From a virus (Duplodnaviria; Caudoviricetes), in IMG/VR virus record IMGVR_UViG_3300020395_000009, positions 1-58,379 of that record: 58,379 bases of DNA; one strand, written 5' to 3'. A model generated the notes under the pieces. It was not told the origin of the DNA. It did not search any database and saw only the letters and a list, made by a program, of their open reading frames with translations. Of this stretch, positions 46,564 through 55,041 are shown one piece after another. The translations under genes and the position numbers were made by a program. Position 1 is the first letter of the stretch; the number at the start of each line of letters is the position of its first letter.

Positions 46564-47159
46564 CATTTTTTATTGATGCTGGTGTTATTAGAGAAAATGA
46601 AGGTAAAAATCCCTTAACTTTTGTGGGGAGGAAAATTATTGATGATAAAATTATTTCAGATATTGAAGAGTATATAAGTCATCAAGAATTGGAAAGTGCA
46701 AAAGTCTTACATATGAATAGAAAGGATGCTGATAAGGCAAGATCTTCAATGATTCATTGGATGAGTAATGAAAATTATAAAGATTTTTTAATGCCAATTT
46801 ATGATATTATATCTAGAAACATTAGAATGATAAATGATGGTATGTGGAGATATAATTATAATGGGTATGGTGTTTTTCAGTATAGTGAGTATACTGTAGG
46901 AGATCATTTTAATTGGCACATTGATCAAATTGATATAAAAGGAGAAGCTAGAAAAGTATCTTTTTCTTTAGGAATATCTGATGAAAGTGAATATGAAGGT
47001 GGTGATTTAGGTTTTAAGGCAGCAGAAGAGGAAGATTATTATAAGATTGGTAGAGGTGATATAATAGCATTCCCATCCTGGATGCTACATAAAGTTACAC
47101 CTGTTACTAAAGGTAAGAGAAGAGTTCTTGTTGGTTGGGGAGAGGGTCTTATCTTATGA
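46560..47159 (+). CDS. 2OG-Fe(II) oxygenase
   Basis: FQYSEY..GDHFNWHID, RKVS, YEGGDL, FPSWMLHKVTPVTKGKRRVLVGW (HxD...H...R). Confidence 0.9.
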   Translation: MTFFIDAGVIRENEGKNPLTFVGRKIIDDKIISDIEEYISHQELESAKVLHMNRKDADKARSSMIHWMSNENYKDFLMPIYDIISRNIRMINDGMWRYNYNGYGVFQYSEYTVGDHFNWHIDQIDIKGEARKVSFSLGISDESEYEGGDLGFKAAEEEDYYKIGRGDIIAFPSWMLHKVTPVTKGKRRVLVGWGEGLIL

Positions 47160-47515
47160 ATAATGATATTAAATTTGTTCCTAAAGGATGGGGACATGAA
47201 AAATGGATCGTCAATACTGATGAGTATTGTGGTAAGTTGTTGTTTTTTAATAAAGGTAAGAGATGTTCATGGCACTATCATAAATTAAAAGATGAGACAT
47301 TCTATCTACAGTCAGGTAGTATTCTTTTATTTTATGGTGAGACAGATTCTTTAGAAGATGCCAAGACTATTGTACTAGAACCAGGTGATAAGTTTCATAT
47401 CCATAGAGGATTGCGTCATCAAATGGTTGCACAGGCAGACTCAGAGTTGTTTGAGTTCTCTACGCAACATTTTGATGAGGATAGTAATAGAGTTATACCT
47501 GGAGATACTCTTTAA
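47156..47515 (+). CDS. Cupin-domain protein (sugar isomerase-like, PMI type II C-terminal type)
   Basis: VPKGWGHE, YCGKLL, CSWHYHKLKDETFY, HIHRGLRHQM, EFSTQHFDED; ATG 47156 overlaps the upstream stop. Confidence 0.8.
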   Translation: MNNDIKFVPKGWGHEKWIVNTDEYCGKLLFFNKGKRCSWHYHKLKDETFYLQSGSILLFYGETDSLEDAKTIVLEPGDKFHIHRGLRHQMVAQADSELFEFSTQHFDEDSNRVIPGDTL

Positions 47516-48281
47516 CAGTAGTAAATTTATAATCACCCCATTCCTTTTTAGCACGAGTGTATTCTTGATACTTACCTTCTAAGTGCTTTGGAAATGGTAT
47601 ATATTCTATAGTACCATTATATTTTTTTGCTACTAATTCTCCTACTTCTTGGAAACTGATAGGATTACTTGTACCTAAGTCATAGATACCCGATGGTTTA
47701 TCATTATTAAGAACAATATTTACAACATCATCTACATATATAAAGTCTCTAAGATATCTATCAGATCCCTTGAATAATTTTAGTGTTTCTGTTTCTTTAA
47801 TTTGTTTAGTGAATTTGGATACAGGACTTGCTTGATCTCCTTTATGATCTTCACCATCACCATAGACATTAAAGTATCTAAATCCCTGTATTAACTTAAA
47901 TTCATCCATATGATCTTGTACCCAATAGTCTGAGATGACTTTGGATATTGCATAGTAGTTGAGTGGATTAATTAAATTCTCTTTATTAAGATGTCCATAA
48001 ACTGATGCAGATGATGCATATTTTATTGGTATTTTATATCTTATTGCTTGTTCGCATAACCATTCAGTAAACTCAACATTAAAATGGTTGAATGCTTTTA
48101 GATTGGTGCATGTAGTATCAGAGATAGCACCTTGATGTAGTATGAGTTCTACTTCCTGCCATTGATTAAAGGTACGAAAATGCCAACTGTTCCTTTTTTC
48201 GACTTCAATTACCTTTTTGCCCGATAATTTTTCCAGGAATTTTTTTCCTATAAAACCCTCGCTACCTGTTAATATGATCAT
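47493..48281 (-). CDS. hldD: ADP-L-glycero-D-manno-heptose 6-epimerase
   Basis: GSEGFIG, HQGAISDTT, YASSASVYG, PLNYYAISK, GFRYFNVYG..EDHKG.QAS, RDFIYVDD, IPFP..L.GKYQEYT.A. Confidence 0.88.
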   Translation of the reverse strand: MIILTGSEGFIGKKFLEKLSGKKVIEVEKRNSWHFRTFNQWQEVELILHQGAISDTTCTNLKAFNHFNVEFTEWLCEQAIRYKIPIKYASSASVYGHLNKENLINPLNYYAISKVISDYWVQDHMDEFKLIQGFRYFNVYGDGEDHKGDQASPVSKFTKQIKETETLKLFKGSDRYLRDFIYVDDVVNIVLNNDKPSGIYDLGTSNPISFQEVGELVAKKYNGTIEYIPFPKHLEGKYQEYTRAKKEWGDYKFTTVKEYLQV

Positions 48282-48295
48282 TGTGTTTTTAATAG

Positions 48296-48324
48296 ATTAT
48301 AATACGGATAAATAAGAAAAGCAA
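48296..48324 (-). promoter_or_regulatory. Sigma70-like promoter for hldD
   Basis: Minus strand TTGCTT (48324-48319), 17 bp, TATAAT (48301-48296). Confidence 0.65.
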
Positions 48325-48357
48325 GTAGTATTCATTCTACTATAAATATCTAAAAAG
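48308..48357 (+). promoter_or_regulatory. Tandem late promoters (ATAAATA 48308-48314; TATAAATA 48341-48348)
   Basis: Consensus matches upstream of ATG 48366. ATAAATATCTAAAAAG recurs at 54247 and with one mismatch at 57608. Confidence 0.75.
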
Positions 48358-48365
48358 CGTAAATA

Positions 48366-49124
48366 ATGCAAGTCCTTAATTTTCCAGATAATCCCACCCT
48401 AAATCAGGTTTATACTGATGTTAATGCTGGATATACCTATGTATGGAATGGATCTGTATGGATCAGTTTTGAGTCGGCATCAGTTAATGGTATTAGAGAA
48501 CTGGATAATATATCTGGTTATTTTAATGGGATTTTGACAACTTTTGATTTGACGATTGGTAATGTACCAATATCACCTCATCCAATTAGACCAGAACAAC
48601 TTATTATAAGTATTGGTGGTGTTATACAGAATCCAGGTGAAGATTATAATTTAATTGGAAATACCAAAATTGAGTTTAGTACTCCTCCTGTAAATGGATT
48701 GAGTTTCCACGGTCTTTCTGTTGGTACATCTCTTCCAGTAGTTCCTCCTACTGCAGTTGGTATAAAATCAGAAGGTCTTACTGTTGGTACTAGTGTTACT
48801 GCTATTAACTTTATTGGTGCAGGTAATACCTTTAAGATGCAACCTGATGGAGGAACAATAGATGTCTACATCCAAGGTGGAGGTGGAGGTGGAATTGGAA
48901 CACCTATCACTTATTCGGATGGTAATCCTACTCCTTTTACTTATCTTGAAGCAAGTGCAACTGTGAAAGAAGATTTGATGATTGATACTAATAATGCTGG
49001 ATTGACTACAACATACGTTTTGTCTGTAATACCAGAGATTGAGATTGGAGCAGGAGTTGCTGTTACGATTGGTGTTGGTAAGAGTATGATTATTGATGTT
49101 CTACAATTAGGAGATGCAAGCTAA
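48366..49124 (+). CDS. Tail fibre-associated structural protein
   Basis: LNFPDNPTLNQVY...YVWNGSVW; LDNIS..FNG..TTFDL...QLIISIGGVIQNPG..Y...IEFSTPP; shares the AINFIGAGNTF...GGGGGIGT module with 35090..36760. Confidence 0.7.
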   Translation: MQVLNFPDNPTLNQVYTDVNAGYTYVWNGSVWISFESASVNGIRELDNISGYFNGILTTFDLTIGNVPISPHPIRPEQLIISIGGVIQNPGEDYNLIGNTKIEFSTPPVNGLSFHGLSVGTSLPVVPPTAVGIKSEGLTVGTSVTAINFIGAGNTFKMQPDGGTIDVYIQGGGGGGIGTPITYSDGNPTPFTYLEASATVKEDLMIDTNNAGLTTTYVLSVIPEIEIGAGVAVTIGVGKSMIIDVLQLGDAS

Positions 49125-49771
49125 TGTCAGATTTAAGAGTTACTAATTTAAGTGGTAGAACTGCTGGAACACCTCCCAATTTACCAGAGGGTGCAATAAG
49201 TGCTGGTGTTGTAACTGCTACGGGGTTTAGTGGAGATTTAACGGGTGATGTTGTTGGTAATGTTACAGGAACTGCTAGTAGTGCAACAGTTTCTGCAGGT
49301 TTAATCGGATCACCTAGTATAAGTGTTGGTATTGTTACTGCTAATCTATCTCAACCACAAGAATTAAGAGTTAGAGGAATATCAGAATTTGTTAATAGAC
49401 AGAATGGTAATACTGTTGGATTAGTTTATCAGTTAGGTGGAAGTAATATTGGATTCACAACAACTCCTACTGGTGATATAACCTTAAATGTAAATCAGAT
49501 ACCAGATACATCTGATTTTGCTGATCATGCCTTGACATTTAGTGTTATAGTAAGTAATACTGGTACTGCAAGGAGTGTTACATCAGTGAATCTTAATGGA
49601 CTTGCTGCTCCTATTAAGTGGGCAGGTGGGTCATTAGCAGCTGCAATAACAGGTGTAACGACAACAAACGGAACTGACATTTATAACTTTACTGGAATCA
49701 ATACTGTTGGTTCTGCATCAACAACGGCAAATTACATTGTACTTGGATCAGTGAACGGAGGTTATGCTTAA
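49124..49771 (+). CDS. Short tail-fibre adaptor protein, copy 1
   Basis: MSDLRVTNL..., GVVTATGFSGD, C-terminal GDITLNV..IP..DF...FS...GTARS...NLNG..APIKWAGGSL...DIYNFTGINTVGSA...NGGYA. Confidence 0.7.
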   Translation: MSDLRVTNLSGRTAGTPPNLPEGAISAGVVTATGFSGDLTGDVVGNVTGTASSATVSAGLIGSPSISVGIVTANLSQPQELRVRGISEFVNRQNGNTVGLVYQLGGSNIGFTTTPTGDITLNVNQIPDTSDFADHALTFSVIVSNTGTARSVTSVNLNGLAAPIKWAGGSLAAAITGVTTTNGTDIYNFTGINTVGSASTTANYIVLGSVNGGYA

Positions 49772-52700
49772 ATGTCACCTATTCTATCAAGATTGAGTTG
49801 GGCACAAGGATTTGGTAGAAGACCATACAGTGCCCCACCTGGATCTGCAATTTTTAATAATATAGAAGATTTCTTCTCAACTTATCTTTATTGGGGTGCT
49901 AGTGCTACTGTTTCTCATATACAAAAATTTGGAGGTGGTAGTCCAATTCCATCAACAGATTCTCCATTTACAGGAACTGGTGAGGGATATAATAGTATAC
50001 AGTTTGGATTGAGTGAAACTATAGAGATTACTACAAGTAGTGAGTTTGATTTTGGTAGTAATGAAAGTTTTACAGTAGAATGGTGGGAGAAAAGATTTCC
50101 GTTAAATTCTAGTACTCCTATAGAGAAAGATCCATATATGACTGTAATGGATATTGGTAATACTAGTGCTGGATTACATATTGCTCTTAATGGACAGAAT
50201 ACAGGTACATATTGGGTTAAAATTGGTAATGGTGGTACTACCATTCTAACAGAGGGTACAGGGGTTGCTGCAGATTCAGGGTGGCATCATTATGCATTTA
50301 CTGTTGAATCACTTGGTGGTAATCAGCAGGAAGCTAGGTTTTATAGAGATGGTGTAGAACAAGCATCTAATACTGTTAACTCCATCACTTGGGGATCTAG
50401 TACTGATTCTTGGATAGTTGGTGGGCAAAAAGCATATCCAGCAAGCTATAATTTCCAAGGAAGAGTATCAAACTTTAGGGTAACAAAAGGTATTTGTAGA
50501 TATAAGGCTAATTTCTCTTTACCAACAAAACCGTTTTCTGATTGGGCTGATGGTGCTAATACCTATACATTATTTGTATGCTGTAAGTCTGCAGATATAC
50601 TAGGTGCAGATGGTGCTGTCTTTACTAATGGTGCATATACTAAGAAAACAAGAGTTAAATATCTTGAAAAAGGTGGAATGGTATGGATTAAATCAAGAGG
50701 TCAAGCTCAACAGAATACTATTGTTGATACTATAAGAGGACGTGACAAACATATATTTCCTGATGCTAATAATTCAGAGAGTACTGATCAGAATAACATT
50801 TCTGCGTTTACAGGAGATGGATTTAGTGTTGGTAATGATAGTCGTGTAAATAATTCTTCGTATTATTATGCATCCTGGAGTTTTGCTAGAGATCCTAAAT
50901 TTATGGATATCGTAGAGTACACTGGGAACGGTGCTACATCTCGCTATATTGACCATGCCTTAGATAATATTCCTGGATTTCTTATGATAAAGAACCTAGA
51001 TCAGGGTAATGCTGGATGGGTTGCTATTCATAGGAATGCTGAAACTCAGACTGCAACTCCTGGTCAAGGTGTATGCCAGTTGAATACTAATCATACTACT
51101 ATATGGAATCTTGGAGATACTCCTGATGCACAATATCCAAGTTTGGGTGGTCCTGATAATAAAACAAATCAATTCCATGTAACATCAAATTGGAATAACT
51201 ATGAGACATCATCTGGTGCAGGTTATTTGGGAACTAATAATAATGGAGAAAGGTATATAGCTTATATTTTTGCTCATGATGAGAGTGCTGATGGTATGAT
51301 TCGTTGTGGATATTTTAATACAAATGGTGGTGGAACTTCTCCAGTAACTGGAGGTAATGAGGCATATAATGATATTGGATGGGAGCCACAGTGGATACTG
51401 ACGAAAGAGGTTTGTGAGGATACTACTGGTTTTCCAGGAACAACAGGAGATTGGTTGATCTGGGATGATAAGAGAGGTGTAGGAAAATATGCTAGATATC
51501 TACTAGCAAATGACAATCAGCATGAAAGTGGTACAAGTAATCTTGAGATGAATTTTCATGCAAGAGGATTCAGAGTTATGAATCAAGCTAATGGAAGAAG
51601 ATTTATCTATGTTGCTATCCGTAAAGGATTATTAGGAAATCCTAAAGATACTAAACGTAAAGCAGTAGATTTATTTGCTCTTGCAAAAGGTGCTTCCTCT
51701 TCTTCCACTTATCAGGGTAATAATGGAGGATTTGTAACTAATATTGTTGATAGTGGATCAGTTGAGCCACCAGTTGGTCAAACAGAATATACGACTCCTG
51801 GTAGTTATACTTGGACTGTTCCTGCTAATTGCACGACTATTCATATAGGTATGATAGGTGGAGGTGCTGGTGGTGGCGGTGGCGGTGGAGGTGGATATTC
51901 TGCTGCTGGTGGTGCTGGTGGAGGAGGTGCTTATGCCAATACTGTTTCTGTAACTCCTGGAGAAAATTTGACTGTTGATGTTGGATCTGGTGGTAATGGT
52001 GGATCTGGTCCTCAACATCCAACAGCACCAGGTGGGAATGGTACAGATAGTAAAGTTACTAATAGTAGTGGAGTTGTTTTATGTCATGCTAGTGGTGCAG
52101 TATGGCAAAATAATAATAGATGTGATGCTGGAAGAATGATAGTTGGAGATGGTGGTGGATTGGGTGGATCTGATTATACTCAATCAGGGCAACCACCAAA
52201 TAATGATAGTTCTAGAGGTGGTACAACTGGTGGTGCTGGTGGAAATGGTAATAGGATGGAAGGTTTAGATGGAAATGGTAACTTTGCTGGTGGTGGAGGT
52301 GGATATGGAACTGGTGGTGGAGGAGGTGGTGTAGCTTTTAGTGGTAGTGGTGTATTTACTCAGACATCTGTTCCAAACCCATCTAATAGTCATAATGGTG
52401 CAGGTACATATGATATTATAAACAATAATCAGGTTGCTTCACCTAACTATGGTACTGGAAGAAGTGGTGGAACTAATGGTACTGCAGGATCTGGTGGTTA
52501 TTGGCCAAATAGTGGTGCTGGTAATGGTGGTAATGGTGGTACATATGGTGGCGGTGGTGGCGGTGGAAGATATGGTGGAGTTGGTGGATCTGGTGGTGGA
52601 GGTATGGTAAGAATTATTTGGGGTAATGGGCGTTCATTCCCTAATAGTCATGGAGATCAACCTACAAACACAGGTACTTCTACTGAAGTAAAAACATATG

Positions 52701-54250
52701 GATTTGCACCTGATGCTGGTTTTGTATTACAGTCCTATGATGCTAGTGGTGGTGCAAGAGAGTGTTGGGCTAGAGTAGGTGGTACATCTAATACAGGTGG
52801 TCCTGGCGGAAGTAGTTCATATCAAACAAAGTGGGATTTGGATGGAAATCAATCGCAGACTGATACACAAAATATTAAATGGCCTATGAATGGTGGAAAT
52901 TATGGTGGTAATAATTTAGGTAATAATGATATAATATGGACTTGGAGAAGAGCAAAAGGATTCTTTGATTCTTGTTATTTTGGGTCAACTGGTAATGACA
53001 ATCAACCATATCCACATAATTTGGGTGTAGTTCCTGAAATGATATGGCAACGTAGAGTTAGTGGTAATCAAACTGGAATGTATGTGTATCATAAAGACCT
53101 ACCAGTTACACAATATCTAGAGACCTCGGCACAATCTGTTGCTACTAGTTCTGGTCTTTGGGGTGATGGTACTGTTCCTCATACAAAAACTCATTTTACA
53201 ATGGGTAGTGTTGCATCTAGTGGTCATGACAATGTTGCATTCTTGTTTGCAACTTGTCCTGGTCTTAGTAAGGTAGGAAAATATGATACATTAGCAAATG
53301 GAGATCCTCAAAATATTGATTGTGGATTTACTACTGGTGCTCGTGCAATAATAATAAAGAAAATTACTAATACTTCTTCTAGTGATGGATGGTTCTGTTT
53401 TGACAAGCAAAGAGGTATAGCTGATGCAACATCAGGTGCTTCTAGTGGTAGTATTACATTTACTGGTAATGTTACTGATACTCTAAGAGTAGTTGATCAG
53501 GGTGCTTTTAGGTTTGGAAATGGTCCATATACAATTGAGTTCTGGATTAAGACAACTGCAAATGCTGGTTGGATCATGTTTAATGCTGCTGCTAATAATG
53601 GATTTAGATTATGTATTGGTAATAATGGTGGTACTGGATCTAATAGTGGAAAAATAGAAATGAATGAACAAGTTGCTAATGCTGATGAGTATACTCGTTC
53701 AACAACAGCAATAAATGATGGAGTATGGCATCATGTTGCTTGCTCAAGACCAGATGGTGGACAAGTTAAAATATTCATTGATGGAACTCATGAAGCAACT
53801 GGTAATAGTTCTGGTAGGTCTATCAATAGTATGCAAGATTGTTACTTTGGTAGAAGACAAAGTGGTGGTGGTTGGGCATTTAATGGACAGTTATCAAACT
53901 TCCGTATAACAAATGAAACTTTATATACATCTAACTTTACACCTCCAACATCAGCATTGGCTCAAACTAGTGACACTAAGATGTTATTCATGCAGAGTAC
54001 TACAGATCCTCTTGCATCAACAGTAACTCCAGGTACAATTAGTTACACAGGAGCTACTATGTCGGCAAGTGGTGATAACCCATTCTCAAATGCTGTTACT
54101 CCTTATATGAGATTAGATGATACTGGTGTTCAAGTTACTGGTAGTAATCCTTGGATTAAGAGGACTGATACTGGGTTTAGGATTGAGAGTGGTGGTGGAA
54201 CTGAAATCAATGTCGCAAATGAGACATACATATATTATGCCATTGCATAA
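49772..54250 (+). CDS. Large putative receptor-binding fibre protein with two LamG/ConA-like domains and a polyglycine domain
   Basis: FTVEWW...GWHHYAF...FYRDG...FQGRVSNFRVTKG and YTIEFWIK...VWHHVACSR...IFIDG...FNGQLSNFRIT; GGMVWIKSR and YIYYAIA scaffold repeats; YTTPGSYTWTVP Gly-rich domain. Confidence 0.8.
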   Translation: MSPILSRLSWAQGFGRRPYSAPPGSAIFNNIEDFFSTYLYWGASATVSHIQKFGGGSPIPSTDSPFTGTGEGYNSIQFGLSETIEITTSSEFDFGSNESFTVEWWEKRFPLNSSTPIEKDPYMTVMDIGNTSAGLHIALNGQNTGTYWVKIGNGGTTILTEGTGVAADSGWHHYAFTVESLGGNQQEARFYRDGVEQASNTVNSITWGSSTDSWIVGGQKAYPASYNFQGRVSNFRVTKGICRYKANFSLPTKPFSDWADGANTYTLFVCCKSADILGADGAVFTNGAYTKKTRVKYLEKGGMVWIKSRGQAQQNTIVDTIRGRDKHIFPDANNSESTDQNNISAFTGDGFSVGNDSRVNNSSYYYASWSFARDPKFMDIVEYTGNGATSRYIDHALDNIPGFLMIKNLDQGNAGWVAIHRNAETQTATPGQGVCQLNTNHTTIWNLGDTPDAQYPSLGGPDNKTNQFHVTSNWNNYETSSGAGYLGTNNNGERYIAYIFAHDESADGMIRCGYFNTNGGGTSPVTGGNEAYNDIGWEPQWILTKEVCEDTTGFPGTTGDWLIWDDKRGVGKYARYLLANDNQHESGTSNLEMNFHARGFRVMNQANGRRFIYVAIRKGLLGNPKDTKRKAVDLFALAKGASSSSTYQGNNGGFVTNIVDSGSVEPPVGQTEYTTPGSYTWTVPANCTTIHIGMIGGGAGGGGGGGGGYSAAGGAGGGGAYANTVSVTPGENLTVDVGSGGNGGSGPQHPTAPGGNGTDSKVTNSSGVVLCHASGAVWQNNNRCDAGRMIVGDGGGLGGSDYTQSGQPPNNDSSRGGTTGGAGGNGNRMEGLDGNGNFAGGGGGYGTGGGGGGVAFSGSGVFTQTSVPNPSNSHNGAGTYDIINNNQVASPNYGTGRSGGTNGTAGSGGYWPNSGAGNGGNGGTYGGGGGGGRYGGVGGSGGGGMVRIIWGNGRSFPNSHGDQPTNTGTSTEVKTYGFAPDAGFVLQSYDASGGARECWARVGGTSNTGGPGGSSSYQTKWDLDGNQSQTDTQNIKWPMNGGNYGGNNLGNNDIIWTWRRAKGFFDSCYFGSTGNDNQPYPHNLGVVPEMIWQRRVSGNQTGMYVYHKDLPVTQYLETSAQSVATSSGLWGDGTVPHTKTHFTMGSVASSGHDNVAFLFATCPGLSKVGKYDTLANGDPQNIDCGFTTGARAIIIKKITNTSSSDGWFCFDKQRGIADATSGASSGSITFTGNVTDTLRVVDQGAFRFGNGPYTIEFWIKTTANAGWIMFNAAANNGFRLCIGNNGGTGSNSGKIEMNEQVANADEYTRSTTAINDGVWHHVACSRPDGGQVKIFIDGTHEATGNSSGRSINSMQDCYFGRRQSGGGWAFNGQLSNFRITNETLYTSNFTPPTSALAQTSDTKMLFMQSTTDPLASTVTPGTISYTGATMSASGDNPFSNAVTPYMRLDDTGVQVTGSNPWIKRTDTGFRIESGGGTEINVANETYIYYAIA

Positions 54251-54262
54251 ATATCTAAAAAG
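54247..54262 (+). promoter_or_regulatory. Late promoter ATAAATATCTAAAAAG
   Basis: Overlaps the upstream stop; identical to 48342-48357. Confidence 0.75.
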
Positions 54263-54270
54263 TACGAAAA

Positions 54271-55041
54271 ATGTCGCAGTTACAAGTTGATAACATTTAT
54301 AATAAGGATGGTACAGGTGCTCCTACTTTTCCAAAGGGTGCAAACTTTACTGAAGGTGCTGTAGTTTCTGGTGTTTTAACTGCAACTACAATGGGTTCTG
54401 CTAGTGATACCACTACTTTTCCTGGTAATATAGTAGTTCAGGGAACACAGACTATTATTAACTATGATGATTTTAATGTAAAGGATAAAACGATTGGTAT
54501 TTCTTCTACTGCTAGTCCTACAGATATTACAGCAGATGGGGCAGGTATAGAAATATATGGTACTACTCATAAGAAATTAACATATAATAATACTAAGAAA
54601 GGATTTGAGTTTAATGTTCCTCTTTCAACAGATGAGAATAGAATTGTAACTGCATCAGAAAAAGTAGTACAGGCATCAGGTAATACAGTAGGTTTACAAT
54701 ATAATAGTGGTGGTAATATTGCGGTTGTGACTGGTTCATCAGGTGATATTACTCTGAATGTAGAGAGTATTCCTGAGACTGCTGATTTTGATAATAATGC
54801 TATTTCTTTCTCTCTTGCTATCGTACAGGCAGGAACAGCAAGATCATGCACTACAGTTAACTTAAATGGATATACTGCTCCTATACGTTGGGCAGGTGGA
54901 TCTCTTGCTAGTGCAACGTCAGGATTAACAACGACAAGTGGAATGGATGTTTATAGTTTTACAGGAATCAATACAGTAGGGTCTGCTGCTACATGCACTA
55001 ATTATTATCTACTAGGTGCGGTTAATGGAGGATATGCTTAA
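54271..55041 (+). CDS. Short tail-fibre adaptor protein, copy 2
   Basis: MSQLQVDNI; VKDKTIGI..TASPTDITADGAGI; same C-terminal domain as 49124..49771 ending NGGYA. Confidence 0.7.
   Translation: MSQLQVDNIYNKDGTGAPTFPKGANFTEGAVVSGVLTATTMGSASDTTTFPGNIVVQGTQTIINYDDFNVKDKTIGISSTASPTDITADGAGIEIYGTTHKKLTYNNTKKGFEFNVPLSTDENRIVTASEKVVQASGNTVGLQYNSGGNIAVVTGSSGDITLNVESIPETADFDNNAISFSLAIVQAGTARSCTTVNLNGYTAPIRWAGGSLASATSGLTTTSGMDVYSFTGINTVGSAATCTNYYLLGAVNGGYA

Noticed and set aside
40701-48281. Sugar cluster as bacterial contamination or chimeric assembly
   Set aside because: Composition and codon style match the flanking phage genes by eye and it is bounded by phage late promoters; read-level confirmation is not possible here.
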